From a virus (lineage: Duplodnaviria > Heunggongvirae > Uroviricota > Caudoviricetes), in the IMG/VR virus record IMGVR_UViG_2872678658_000005, positions 1-44,882 of that record: 44,882 nt of DNA. The stretch is one strand, 5' to 3'. This document shows, piece after piece, positions 18,222 through 27,712 of this stretch. A program made the position numbers and the translations under genes. How positions within the stretch are numbered: position 1 is the stretch's first letter; each line of letters begins with the position of its first letter. Below the pieces are notes generated by a model, which searched no databases, had not been told where the DNA came from, and saw only the letters and a list, made by a program, of their open reading frames with translations.

Positions 18222-18716
18222 ATGGATCGAGAGTTAAAAAATCTGACGCTGAATATCAGTCAACTGGCGGCACTGTCAGGTGTACATCGCCAGACTGCTG
18301 CGGCAAGGCTGCAAAATCTACCCGTTGCAGGGGGGCATGAAAGCAACCTCAAGCTTTATCGGGTGGTTGATATTGTGTCGGCATTTCTGGCATTACCACC
18401 GCCGGTTGCAGAAGGCGAAATGGACGCGCATGAGCGCAAAGCCTGGTATCAGTCTGAACGTGAGCGTCTTAAGTTCGAACAGGAAACGGCGCAACTCATT
18501 CCGGCCAGTGATGTCAGACGGGAGTTTGCCATCTGGGCAAAAGCGGTCGTGCAGGTGCTGGAGACATTACCGGATATTCTGGAACGTGACTGCGGTCTGC
18601 AGCCTGCCGCTGTGAGCCGTGTTCAGTCCATTATTGATGATCTGCGCGATCAGATAGCCCTGCGGGTGACCGAAGCAGGTGCGGATGATGAGGAGGAATT
18701 ACAGCAGGAGGAGTAA
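18222..18716 (+). CDS. terminase small subunit (lambda Nu1-like, 164 aa)
   Basis: N-terminal HTH LNISQLAALSGVHRQTAAARLQ and acidic C-terminus; immediately precedes the large subunit. Confidence 0.75.
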   Translation: MDRELKNLTLNISQLAALSGVHRQTAAARLQNLPVAGGHESNLKLYRVVDIVSAFLALPPPVAEGEMDAHERKAWYQSERERLKFEQETAQLIPASDVRREFAIWAKAVVQVLETLPDILERDCGLQPAAVSRVQSIIDDLRDQIALRVTEAGADDEEELQQEE

Positions 18717-20818
18717 TGCTGAATCAGGAAACCGCAAAGGCAGCACGAACCGATTCAGGTTATATCCTTCGCGCACCGAGACGAATGCGGGTTGCTGATG
18801 CCGTTGCTCAGTATATGCGGGTGCCCATGGGGGCAGGGAACTCAGTCCCGTGGGATCCGCTGGTGGCACCGTATGTTATTGAGCCGATGAACTGCCTGGC
18901 CTCGCGTGAATACGACGCAGTGATATTTGTTGGCCCGGCACGAACCGGCAAGACTATCGGCCTGATTGACGGCTGGGTGATTTACAACGTGATTTGCGAT
19001 CCTGCTGATATGCTGATTATTCAGATGACGGAGGAAAAAGCCCGCGAACACTCCAAAAAACGACTCGCCAGAACGTTTCGCGTCAGCCCGGAAGTGGTCA
19101 GTCGCCTGAGTCCGAACAAAAATGACAACAACGTTTATGACAGAACATTCCTTGCTGGTAACTACCTGAAAATCGGCTGGCCGTCAGTCAATATCATGTC
19201 CTCATCAGATTATAAATGCGTCGCGCTGACGGATTATGACCGTTTTCCGGAAGATATTGATGGCGAGGGGGATGCTTTCTCTCTTGCCTCAAAACGTACC
19301 ACAACATTTATGTCCAGTGGTATGACGCTGGTGGAGAGTTCCCCCGGCAGGGATGTGAAGGATGTGAAATGGCGACGGACTTCACCGCATGAGGCTCCAC
19401 CAACCACGGGGATACTGTCGCTCTATAACCGTGGCGATCGCCGTCGCTGGTACTGGCCCTGTCCACACTGTGGTGAGTATTTTCAGCCCTGCGGCGATGT
19501 GGTTGCTGGTTTCCGTGATATTGCCGATCCCGTGCTGGCAAGTGAGGCGGCTTATATTCAGTGTCCTTCCTGTTCAGGACGGATTATGCCTGAACAAAAA
19601 CGTGAGCTGAACGGACGTGGGGTCTGGTTGCGGGATGGTGAATCCATCAATGCGGATGGCAGTCGTTATGGTGATCCCCGACGCTCACGTATTGCGTCAT
19701 TCTGGATGGAGGGTCCGGCAGCTGCTTACCAGACACTCTCGCAACTCGTTTACAAACTGCTTACTGCAGAACAGGAATACGAGACAACCGGAAGTGAAGA
19801 AACACTCAGGGCGGTTATCAATACCGACTGGGGATTACCTTATCTTCCCCGCGCCAGCATGGAGCAACGAGAAAGTGAACTGCTTGAGCAGCGGGCAGAG
19901 CCAGTTCCTTCCCGCAGTGTGCCGGATGGCGTTAATTTCCTTGTGGCGACAGTGGATGTGCAGGCGGGACGTCATCGCCGTTTTGTGGTTCAGGTAACGG
20001 GCTATGGCAGCCGTGGCGAACGCTGGATTATTGATCGTTACAACATCACGCAGTCATTGCGCGGTGACAGCGACGGGGAGAGCCAGCGAATTGATCCGGC
20101 CAGCTATCCGGAAGACTGGGATGTCCTGCTGACGGATGTTTTTCATAAAAGCTGGCCGCTGGCCTCCGATCCTTCTCAACAAATGCGACTGATGGCAATG
20201 GCGGTGGACTCCGGCGGTGAAGACGGGGTCACTGATAATGCCTATAAATTCTGGCGTCGTTGCCGTCGTGATGGCCTTGGTAAACGTATTTACCTGTTTA
20301 AGGGCGACAGCATCCGGCGCGCAAAACTGATCACCCGTACATTCCCTGATAACACCGGACGAACGGGCCGACGGGCGCAGGCCGCAGGTGATGTGCCGCT
20401 CTGGCTTCTTCAGACGGATGCACTGAAAGACCGGGTGAATAACGCGTTATGGCGTGACTCGCCAGGTCCCGGCTATGTGCATTTCCCTGACTGGCTGGGG
20501 AGCTGGTTTTACGACGAACTGACGTATGAAGAGCGGAGCAGTGACGGGAAATGGAGTAAGCCGGGTCGCGGTGCCAACGAAGCTTTTGACCTGATGGTGT
20601 ATGCCGAGGCTCTGGTCATTCTGCATGGATACGAAAAGATCCGCTGGCCGGATGCACCGGAGTGGGCGAGCCGGGAAACCTGGCTGGAGTGTGTCCAGGA
20701 CAGTACCGAACCGTCATCCTCACCGGAACCGGTATCCACGCCTGTTAAAAAACAAAAACGGAAGAAAACAGTAACTGACGATGTTAACCCCTGGCTGACT
20801 TCCGGAGGATGGTTATGA
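18716..20818 (+). CDS. terminase large subunit (lambda gpA-like, 700 aa)
   Basis: Walker A region VIFVGPARTGKT; size and order match lambda A. Confidence 0.9.
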   Translation: MLNQETAKAARTDSGYILRAPRRMRVADAVAQYMRVPMGAGNSVPWDPLVAPYVIEPMNCLASREYDAVIFVGPARTGKTIGLIDGWVIYNVICDPADMLIIQMTEEKAREHSKKRLARTFRVSPEVVSRLSPNKNDNNVYDRTFLAGNYLKIGWPSVNIMSSSDYKCVALTDYDRFPEDIDGEGDAFSLASKRTTTFMSSGMTLVESSPGRDVKDVKWRRTSPHEAPPTTGILSLYNRGDRRRWYWPCPHCGEYFQPCGDVVAGFRDIADPVLASEAAYIQCPSCSGRIMPEQKRELNGRGVWLRDGESINADGSRYGDPRRSRIASFWMEGPAAAYQTLSQLVYKLLTAEQEYETTGSEETLRAVINTDWGLPYLPRASMEQRESELLEQRAEPVPSRSVPDGVNFLVATVDVQAGRHRRFVVQVTGYGSRGERWIIDRYNITQSLRGDSDGESQRIDPASYPEDWDVLLTDVFHKSWPLASDPSQQMRLMAMAVDSGGEDGVTDNAYKFWRRCRRDGLGKRIYLFKGDSIRRAKLITRTFPDNTGRTGRRAQAAGDVPLWLLQTDALKDRVNNALWRDSPGPGYVHFPDWLGSWFYDELTYEERSSDGKWSKPGRGANEAFDLMVYAEALVILHGYEKIRWPDAPEWASRETWLECVQDSTEPSSSPEPVSTPVKKQKRKKTVTDDVNPWLTSGGWL

Positions 20819-21027
20819 ACCAGAATGATATCGAAGCCATGATTCAGCGTTATATGGAAGCTGAAATGGCGGTGCTGGACGGAAAATCCGTCACCTTTAA
20901 TGGTCAGCAGATGACCATGGAAAACTTATCTGAGATCCGGCAGGGACGGCAGGAGTGGGAGCGCCGCCTTGCGGCTCTGATTACACGACGACGGGGGCAT
21001 CCCGGGTACCGGCTGGCGAGGTTCTGA
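20815..21027 (+). CDS. head-tail joining protein (lambda gpW-like, 70 aa)
   Basis: Start at MNQNDIEAM (GGAGG 7 nt upstream; ATGA overlap with terminase stop); C-terminal ...RRRGHPGYRLARF resembles gpW. Confidence 0.7.
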   Translation: MNQNDIEAMIQRYMEAEMAVLDGKSVTFNGQQMTMENLSEIRQGRQEWERRLAALITRRRGHPGYRLARF

Positions 21028-22535
21028 TGGCAATTCTTGATGATGTGATTGGCGTTTTTTCACCTGGATGGAAAGCGGCAAGGCTGCGTTCCCGTGCGGT
21101 GATCCAGGCTTATGAAGCCGTAAAAACGACGCGGACACACAAAGCCCGACGGGAGAACCGAACTGCCGACCAGCTAAGCCAGTACGGGGCCGTGTCGTTA
21201 CGTGAGCAGGCCCGTTACCTTGATAACAACCACGATCTGGTTATTGGTGTATTTGACAAGCTGGAAGAACGGGTGGTGGGGAAAAACGGGATTATTGTCG
21301 AGCCACATCCGGTATTACGCAATGGGGCCATTGCCCGTGATCTGGCAGCGGAGATACGTACCCGATGGAGTGAATGGTCTGTCAGCCCGGAAGTCACCGG
21401 GCAGTTTACCCGTCCGATGCTGGAACGTCTGATGCTGCGTACCTGGCTGCGCGATGGTGAGGTGTTTGCCCAGATGGTTTCCGGGCGCATAAACAGCCTG
21501 ACGCCTTCTGCCGGTGTTCATTTCTGGCTGGAGGCGCTCGAGCCAGACTTTATTCCCATGACCAGTGATGAGAGCAACAGGCTGAATCAGGGCGTGTTTG
21601 TTGATGACTGGGGGCGTCCCGAAAAATATCTGGTGTATAAAAGCCGTCCCGTATCCGGACGGCAGATGGAAACCAAAGAAGTGGATGCAGAGCGAATGCT
21701 GCATCTTAAATTTGTTCGCCGTCTGCACCAGATGCGCGGGACGTCTTTGTTGTCCGGTGTGCTGATCCGCCTCAGTGCCCTGAAAGATTATGAAGATTAT
21801 GAGCTGACTGCAGCAAGGATCGCCGCTGCTCTGGGGATGTACATCCGCAAAGGCGACGGGCAGAGCTATGAACCGGATGGTAATGGCAGCAAGGATAAGG
21901 AACGCGAGCTTACCATTCAACCAGGCATTATTTACGACGATCTGAAACCCGGCGAAGAAATCGGAATGGTGAAGTCGGATCGCCCCAATCCTAACCTTGA
22001 AACTTTTCGTAATGGTCAGTTGCGTGCCGTGGCTGCGGGCAGTCGTCTGAGTTTTTCCAGTACAGCGCGCAACTATAACGGCACTTACAGCGCCCAGCGT
22101 CAGGAGCTGGTTGAATCCACTGATGGCTACCTGATCCTGCAGGACTGGTTTATTGGTGCTGTCACCCGCCCGATGTATCGTGCCTGGCTGAAACAGGCTG
22201 TGGCATCCGGTGTTATCAGGCTACCCCGCGATCTTGACCGTTCTTCACTGTATACCGCGGTGTACTCCGGACCGGTGATGCCGTGGATTGACCCTGTTAA
22301 GGAGGCTGAGGCCTGGAAAATTCAGATTCGTGGTGGAGCAGCGACAGAATCAGACTGGGTACGTGCAGGTGGTCGTAATCCGGATGATGTCAAACGTCGG
22401 CGCAAGGCCGAAATTGATGAAAACCGCAAGCTGGATCTGGTATTTGATACCGATCCGGCCAGTGATAAAGGAGGCAGCAGTGCCGCAACGAAACGACAGG
22501 AGCCGCAGCACACCGACGACCAGTCCGAAGAATAA
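21027..22535 (+). CDS. portal protein (lambda gpB-like, 502 aa)
   Basis: Start at MAILDDVIGVFSPGW (ATGA overlap with W stop); size and position of lambda B. Confidence 0.85.
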   Translation: MAILDDVIGVFSPGWKAARLRSRAVIQAYEAVKTTRTHKARRENRTADQLSQYGAVSLREQARYLDNNHDLVIGVFDKLEERVVGKNGIIVEPHPVLRNGAIARDLAAEIRTRWSEWSVSPEVTGQFTRPMLERLMLRTWLRDGEVFAQMVSGRINSLTPSAGVHFWLEALEPDFIPMTSDESNRLNQGVFVDDWGRPEKYLVYKSRPVSGRQMETKEVDAERMLHLKFVRRLHQMRGTSLLSGVLIRLSALKDYEDYELTAARIAAALGMYIRKGDGQSYEPDGNGSKDKERELTIQPGIIYDDLKPGEEIGMVKSDRPNPNLETFRNGQLRAVAAGSRLSFSSTARNYNGTYSAQRQELVESTDGYLILQDWFIGAVTRPMYRAWLKQAVASGVIRLPRDLDRSSLYTAVYSGPVMPWIDPVKEAEAWKIQIRGGAATESDWVRAGGRNPDDVKRRRKAEIDENRKLDLVFDTDPASDKGGSSAATKRQEPQHTDDQSEE

Positions 22536-22548
22536 TTCCTGGTTCAGG

Positions 22549-24507
22549 ATGCAGGCAGGTCACCAGAGTGACGCGGATATTTATATTTATGACGAGATTG
22601 GTTTCTGGGGTGTTACAGCGAAGCAGTTTATCAGTGATCTGAATGCACTGGGCGATATCACCCACATTAATCTCCATATCAATTCACCGGGTGGCGATGT
22701 CTTTGAAGGCATCGCCATTTTTAATGCGCTGAAAACACATGGTGCGTCCATTACCGTTTATGTCGACGGTGTGGCGGCGTCAATGGCGTCGATCATTGCG
22801 ATGGTGGGAAACCCGGTCATTATGCCGGAAAACACCTTCATGATGATTCATAAACCATTTGGCTTTACGGGCGGTGATGCGGAGGACATGCGCACCTATG
22901 CCGACCTGCTCGATAAGGTTGAGGCGGTTCTGTTACCCGCTTATGCACAGAAAACCGGGAAAACCACCGATGAAATTGCTGCCATGCTGGCGGATGAGAC
23001 CTGGATGTCCGGTGCCGAATGTCTGGCACATGGATTTGCTGATCAGGTGACGCCAGCCGTTAAGGCAATGGCATGTATTCAGTCAAAACGTACAGAGGAA
23101 TTTAAAAAGATGCCGGAATCCATTCGAAACATGATTACTCCGCCACGCAACAGTGCTCCACGCGTACAGGATAATGAACCTGCAGCCTCCCGGACGCCAG
23201 TGCAGGCAGCAGCACCCGTGGTGGATGAAAACAGTATCCGTGCGCAGGTACTGGCAGAGCAAAAAGCGCGTGTAAACGGTATTAATGATCTGTTTGCCAT
23301 GTTTGGCGGGCGTTATCAGACGCTGCAGGCTCAGTGTCTTGCCGATCCTGAATGTTCGCTGGAGCAGGCCCGCGAAAAGCTGTTGAACGAGATGGGGCGC
23401 GAGTCCACGCCATCCAATAAAAATACCCCGGCTCATATTTATGTCGGTAACGGTAATTTTGTGGGGGACGGGATCCGCCAGGCGCTGATGGCGCGTGCCG
23501 GATTTGAAAAAACCGAACGTGATAATGTCTACAACGGGATGACCCTGCGTGAATATGCCCGTATGTCACTGACTGAACGGGGTATTGGGGTTTCCGGTTA
23601 TAACCCGATGCAGATGGTCGGTGCGGCGTTCACACACAGTACGTCTGACTTCGGTAATATTCTGCTGGATGTTGCGAACAAAGCCATTCTGCAGGGCTGG
23701 GAGGATGCCCCTGAAACCTATGAACAGTGGACGCGGAAAGGTCAGTTGTCTGATTTTAAAATTGCCCATCGCGTGGGTATGGGGGGCTTCAGTGCTCTGC
23801 GTCAGGTGCGTGAAGGGGCGGAATATAAATACGTCACCACCGGAGATAAACAGGCCACTATTGCACTGGCGACCTATGGCGAGCTGTTCAGTATCACCCG
23901 TCAGGCCATTATCAATGATGATCTGAATATGCTGACCGATGTCCCGATGAAGCTGGGCCGTGCGGCGAAATCCACTATTGCCGATCTGGTTTATGCCATT
24001 CTGACGTCTAACCCGAAAATCTCCACAGATAATGTAAGTCTGTTCGATAAAGCGAAACATGCAAACGTACTGGAGGGCGCTGCAATGGACGTGGCATCGC
24101 TGGATAAAGCCCGCCAGTTGATGCGTGTTCAGAAAGAGGGGGAGCGTCATCTGAATATTCGTCCTGCGTTCGTACTGGTACCGACGGCGATGGAGTCTGT
24201 TGCTAACCAGGTCATTCGCTCCTCAAGTGTCAAGGGGGCTGACATTAACGCCGGTATTATTAACCCGGTGAAAGATTTTGCGACCGTTATTGCAGAGCCT
24301 CGTCTTGATGATAACAGCCAGACCACCTTCTACCTGGCTGCGTCAAAAGGCTCCGATACGATTGAAGTGGCTTATCTCAACGGTGTGGATACGCCATATA
24401 TTGATCAGATGGAGGGCTTCAGTGTGGATGGCGTGACAACGAAAGTGCGTATTGACGCCGGTGTCGCGCCAGTTGATCACCGCGGTCTGGTGAAATGTAC
24501 GGCGTAA
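22549..24507 (+). CDS. ClpP-like prohead protease fused to major capsid protein (652 aa)
   Basis: N-terminal S14/ClpP-type region (GGDVFEGIAIFNALK, VDGVAASMASIIAM, MMIHKPFG), Ala/Gln-rich linker, C-terminal major-capsid-like domain; hairpin plus T-run after the stop. Confidence 0.8.
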   Translation: MQAGHQSDADIYIYDEIGFWGVTAKQFISDLNALGDITHINLHINSPGGDVFEGIAIFNALKTHGASITVYVDGVAASMASIIAMVGNPVIMPENTFMMIHKPFGFTGGDAEDMRTYADLLDKVEAVLLPAYAQKTGKTTDEIAAMLADETWMSGAECLAHGFADQVTPAVKAMACIQSKRTEEFKKMPESIRNMITPPRNSAPRVQDNEPAASRTPVQAAAPVVDENSIRAQVLAEQKARVNGINDLFAMFGGRYQTLQAQCLADPECSLEQAREKLLNEMGRESTPSNKNTPAHIYVGNGNFVGDGIRQALMARAGFEKTERDNVYNGMTLREYARMSLTERGIGVSGYNPMQMVGAAFTHSTSDFGNILLDVANKAILQGWEDAPETYEQWTRKGQLSDFKIAHRVGMGGFSALRQVREGAEYKYVTTGDKQATIALATYGELFSITRQAIINDDLNMLTDVPMKLGRAAKSTIADLVYAILTSNPKISTDNVSLFDKAKHANVLEGAAMDVASLDKARQLMRVQKEGERHLNIRPAFVLVPTAMESVANQVIRSSSVKGADINAGIINPVKDFATVIAEPRLDDNSQTTFYLAASKGSDTIEVAYLNGVDTPYIDQMEGFSVDGVTTKVRIDAGVAPVDHRGLVKCTA

Positions 24508-24531
24508 ACGTCGCAGACAACAACTCTGATG

Positions 24532-24550
24532 GCCCGTAAGGGCTTTTTTT
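24532..24550 (+). terminator. hairpin plus T-run after the capsid gene
   Basis: GCCCGTAAGGGC followed by TTTTTTT; a second hairpin CAGCCCC-TGAA-CGGGGCTG lies at about 24562-24580. Confidence 0.4.
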
Positions 24551-24593
24551 GTACCTGAAATCAGCCCCTGAACGGGGCTGTGCGGAGACAGTT

Positions 24594-24917
24594 ATGGCAA
24601 AGAATTTTGTAGAAGAAGGAAAAACGGTGGCGATTGTTGCCAGTGCAGCCATCAGCAGCGGAGATCTGGTGCAGGTGGGTGATGTTTTTGCGGTGGCGCT
24701 GACCGATATTCCACAGGGTGAAACAGGCGACGGCATGACCGAAGGTGTTTTTATGCTGCCTAAGCTGAAAACGGATGATATGAAAACGGGTAAGAAGGTT
24801 TATCTGAAGTCCGGAAAAGTTCAGCTGACTAACAGCGGCTCTGATCCGCTGGTCGGGGTTGTCTGGGCAGATGCCGGAACCAGTGCAGAAGAAGTGCCGG
24901 TAAAACTCAATGTCTGA
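24594..24917 (+). CDS. head-associated structural protein (decoration or FI-like, 107 aa)
   Basis: Internal ATG with GGAG RBS directly after the capsid terminator; function inferred from position only. Confidence 0.5.
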   Translation: MAKNFVEEGKTVAIVASAAISSGDLVQVGDVFAVALTDIPQGETGDGMTEGVFMLPKLKTDDMKTGKKVYLKSGKVQLTNSGSDPLVGVVWADAGTSAEEVPVKLNV

Positions 24918-25185
24918 TCCCTTTTCCCGGCTGGCAGCGCGTATGGATGCGATCACGGTCAGAAAGATGGGAAAGACAGCCTCGATTAATGATGTCGATA
25001 TGACTGTGATCCCGGGAGAAACACTGGCAGAGCTGAATGCTCTGTCCGGACCTGCGGTCTCTCTGGTGGTGTTTTCTTCGGGATACCGCCCACGGCGCGG
25101 GGATCGCGTTGTTTATGACGGACAACAATGGACGGTCACACGGCATGAACGCTTTAACGGTAAGCCAATGATCTTTATTGAGTAA
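24910..25185 (+). CDS. head-tail connector protein (FII-like by position, 91 aa)
   Basis: ORF in the FII slot of a lambda-like order; no motif recognised. Confidence 0.45.
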   Translation: MSDPFSRLAARMDAITVRKMGKTASINDVDMTVIPGETLAELNALSGPAVSLVVFSSGYRPRRGDRVVYDGQQWTVTRHERFNGKPMIFIE

Positions 25186-25196
25186 AGAGGTGTGGG

Positions 25197-25775
25197 ATGA
25201 AGGGGCTTGAGAATGCCATCCGCAATCTGAACAGCCTTGATACCCGTATGGTGCCACAGGCCAGCGCATGGGCGATAAACCGTGTGGCACAGAAAGCGGT
25301 CTCGGTTGCCACCCGGCAGGTTGCCGGGAATACCGTTGCGGGAGATAACCAGGTGAAAGGGATCCCCCTGAAACTGGTACGTCAGCGTGTCCGGGTGTTT
25401 AAAGCCAGTCCGTCAGGAAAAATGACGGCCAGGATCCGCGTTAACCGGGGCAATCTGCCTGCCATTAAGCTGGGGACCGCCCGGGTCAGACTGACCCGGC
25501 GTGGTGGAAAACTGCAGTACCGTGGCAGCGTGCTGAAGGTGGGTAAATATCTTTTCCGGGATGCGTTTATTCAGCAACTGGCGAATGGTCGCTGGCATGT
25601 GATGCGGCGTATTGATGGCAAAAATCGTTACCCCATTGATGTGGTGAAAATCCCTCTGTCCGGACCGCTGACGCAGGCATTTGAAGATGCCCGCGACCGC
25701 ATCATTGCTGCGGAAATGCCGAAACAGCTGGGGTATGCACTGAAACAACAACTGAGGTTATGGCTGACCCGATGA
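25197..25775 (+). CDS. tail completion protein (Z-like, 192 aa)
   Basis: Same length and position as lambda Z. Confidence 0.55.
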   Translation: MKGLENAIRNLNSLDTRMVPQASAWAINRVAQKAVSVATRQVAGNTVAGDNQVKGIPLKLVRQRVRVFKASPSGKMTARIRVNRGNLPAIKLGTARVRLTRRGGKLQYRGSVLKVGKYLFRDAFIQQLANGRWHVMRRIDGKNRYPIDVVKIPLSGPLTQAFEDARDRIIAAEMPKQLGYALKQQLRLWLTR

Positions 25776-26173
25776 ACCGACATACACAAATCCGCCAGGC
25801 CGTACTGGCACGCCTTCGGGAACAGTGTGGAGACAGCGCCACGTTTTTTGACGGGCTTCCGGCATTTGTTGATGCGCAGGAACTGCCTGCCGTGGCGGTG
25901 TGGCTGAGTGATGCTCTGTACACCGGAAAAATGACGGATGAAGATGACTGGCAGGCTGTTCTGCATATTGCTGTCTTCATCCGGGCACAGGCACCGGATT
26001 CAGAGCTGGATATGTGGATGGAGAGCACCATTTTCCCGGCCCTGAATGATGTACCGGCACTTTCCGGACTCATCGACACCCTGATCCCACTCGGTTTTAA
26101 CTATCAACGTGATAATGAGATGGCCACCTGGGCGATGGCGGAAATCACGTACCAGATCACGTACACGAATTAA
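25760..26173 (+). CDS. tail terminator protein (U-like, 137 aa)
   Basis: Immediately precedes the major tail protein gene; size close to lambda U. Confidence 0.55.
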   Translation: MADPMNRHTQIRQAVLARLREQCGDSATFFDGLPAFVDAQELPAVAVWLSDALYTGKMTDEDDWQAVLHIAVFIRAQAPDSELDMWMESTIFPALNDVPALSGLIDTLIPLGFNYQRDNEMATWAMAEITYQITYTN

Positions 26174-26183
26174 GGAGGTGGCA

Positions 26184-26927
26184 ATGACCACACCAAATCC
26201 ACTGGCAAAAACGAAAGGTGCGGGAACGACGTTCTGGATGTACACCGGCAAGGGCGATGCGTTTGCGAACCCTTTATCGGACACTGACTGGCTGCGTCTT
26301 GCGATGGTGAAGGATCTGCAGCCTGGCGAAATGACCGCTGATGCAGAAGATGACACTTATCTCGATGATGAAGATGCAGACTGGAAAACGACAACCCAGG
26401 GGCAGAAATCCGTCGGTGATACTTCGGCGACGCTGGCCTGGCGTCCGGGTGACAGCGGGCAGAAAAAACTGGTTCAGTTGTTCGACTCCGGTGAAGTCTG
26501 CGCGTTTCGTATCAAATATCCCAACGGTACTGTTGATGTTTTCCGTGGCTGGCTGAGTTCACTGGGTAAAACCATTGCCTCAAAAGACGTGATGACCCGC
26601 ACAGTGAAAATCAGCGGTGTGGGGCGTCCGTATCTGGCAGAAGAAGGCACTGAAACCGTGAGCGTTACCGGGCTGACGGTGGCACCGGCATCTGCCAGTG
26701 TAAAAGTGGGAGCAACCACCACGCTGACCTTTACAGTAAAACCTGACGGAGCCAGTGACAAAGCGATCAGTGTGCATTCGACAGATCCACAGACTGCCAC
26801 GGTGACCCTGAACGGGCTTGTGGCCACGGTGAAAGGCGTGAAGCAGGGCAGTGTCAGCATTGTGGGCATGACCGCTGACGGGAATTTTGTGGCTGTGGCT
26901 GCGGTGACTGTCAGCGCAGCAGGTTAA
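26184..26927 (+). CDS. major tail protein (V-like, C-terminal Ig-like domain, 247 aa)
   Basis: AAGGAGGTG RBS; C-terminal repeated Thr/Val-rich Big_2-like segment; strong terminator after the gene. Confidence 0.8.
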   Translation: MTTPNPLAKTKGAGTTFWMYTGKGDAFANPLSDTDWLRLAMVKDLQPGEMTADAEDDTYLDDEDADWKTTTQGQKSVGDTSATLAWRPGDSGQKKLVQLFDSGEVCAFRIKYPNGTVDVFRGWLSSLGKTIASKDVMTRTVKISGVGRPYLAEEGTETVSVTGLTVAPASASVKVGATTTLTFTVKPDGASDKAISVHSTDPQTATVTLNGLVATVKGVKQGSVSIVGMTADGNFVAVAAVTVSAAG

Positions 26928-26947
26928 CAGGACGATACTCATCATTT

Positions 26948-26971
26948 GCCCCGGTTATTCGGGGCTTTTTT
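26948..26971 (+). terminator. intrinsic terminator after the major tail gene
   Basis: GCCCCG-GTTATT-CGGGGC followed by TTTTTT. Confidence 0.5.
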
Positions 26972-26984
26972 ACAGGTGGAGAAC

Positions 26985-27374
26985 ATGATGTTTCTGAAAC
27001 AGGACACGTTTAATTATGAAAAACAGTCCGTGGTGCTCAGTGAGCTGTCCGGGCTGCAGAGAATTGAATATCTGACGTTTGTTCAGCAGCGAACGGCAAA
27101 GTTTGATGCCGGGGAGGGAGAACTGCCGGAGGCTGAACGACAGATTGCTTTTCTGCGGATGGGGATGGATATCAATGCCTGGCTGGTTTCCCGCTCACTG
27201 TGGAATGCGGAACAGTCTCAGGATGTTGAGACGCTTTACGCATCCGTTATTACAACATGGTCGTATGATGCCCTGGGTGCGGGGGCGGAGATGGTTCTGT
27301 CGCTGAGCGGTATGGGGGCCATTGATAATGCCGGGGATTTGGAGCATGAGGTGCTGACGCCGGAAAAGTCCTGA
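26985..27374 (+). CDS. tail assembly chaperone G (129 aa)
   Basis: Start at MMFLKQ with AGGTGGAG RBS; lies immediately upstream of the tape measure gene. Confidence 0.75.
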   Translation: MMFLKQDTFNYEKQSVVLSELSGLQRIEYLTFVQQRTAKFDAGEGELPEAERQIAFLRMGMDINAWLVSRSLWNAEQSQDVETLYASVITTWSYDALGAGAEMVLSLSGMGAIDNAGDLEHEVLTPEKS

Positions 27375-27712
27375 CGCGGGAAATGCAGTTTGTCATGCGG
27401 CTTGCCCGGGAGTTCCGGCGGGCAGACTGGCGGCGGATGCTGTCGGAAATGTCGGCCACTGAGCTTGGTGAGTGGGGCGATTATTTCCGGATGCAGAGCT
27501 TCAGTGATGTGTGGATGGATGCGCAGTTTGCCTCGCTGAAGGCATTGATCGTGAGAATGGTGTCCGGCAGCAGTGATGCTGCGGTGGCTGATTTCAGCCT
27601 TTTACCGGAAGAGAACGGGATACCGGAGCGAACGGACGAAGAACTGATGCATCTTGGGGAAGGTATTTCCGGAGGTGTGCGTTATGGACCAGATAGCCAA
27701 CCTGGTCATTGA
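27359..27712 (+). CDS. T segment of the G-T frameshift product
   Basis: -1 frame ORF opening inside the 3' end of G and overlapping the tape measure start; slippery-like GGAAAAG at about 27362-27368. Confidence 0.55.
   Translation, partial: AGKVLTREMQFVMRLAREFRRADWRRMLSEMSATELGEWGDYFRMQSFSDVWMDAQFASLKALIVRMVSGSSDAAVADFSLLPEENGIPERTDEELMHLGEGISGGVRYGPDSQPGH

Noticed and set aside
20955-21026. N-terminal extensions of the portal (20955) and similar long readings of Rha, holin, V, G, K and the tape measure protein from the ORF track
   Set aside because: In each case an internal start with a good Shine-Dalgarno sequence or a stop/start overlap with the upstream gene gives a product matching the expected family N-terminus.
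23566-24150. 194-aa minus-strand ORF inside the capsid fusion gene, and similar antisense ORFs at 21315..21920 and 10611..11192
   Set aside because: Each lies wholly antisense to a strongly supported gene and has a non-protein-like translation.
26109-26183. Idea that the region holds a separate small gene between the tail terminator and major tail protein
   Set aside because: It is the out-of-frame 5' extension of the major tail ORF; AAGGAGGTG directly precedes the ATG at 26184.
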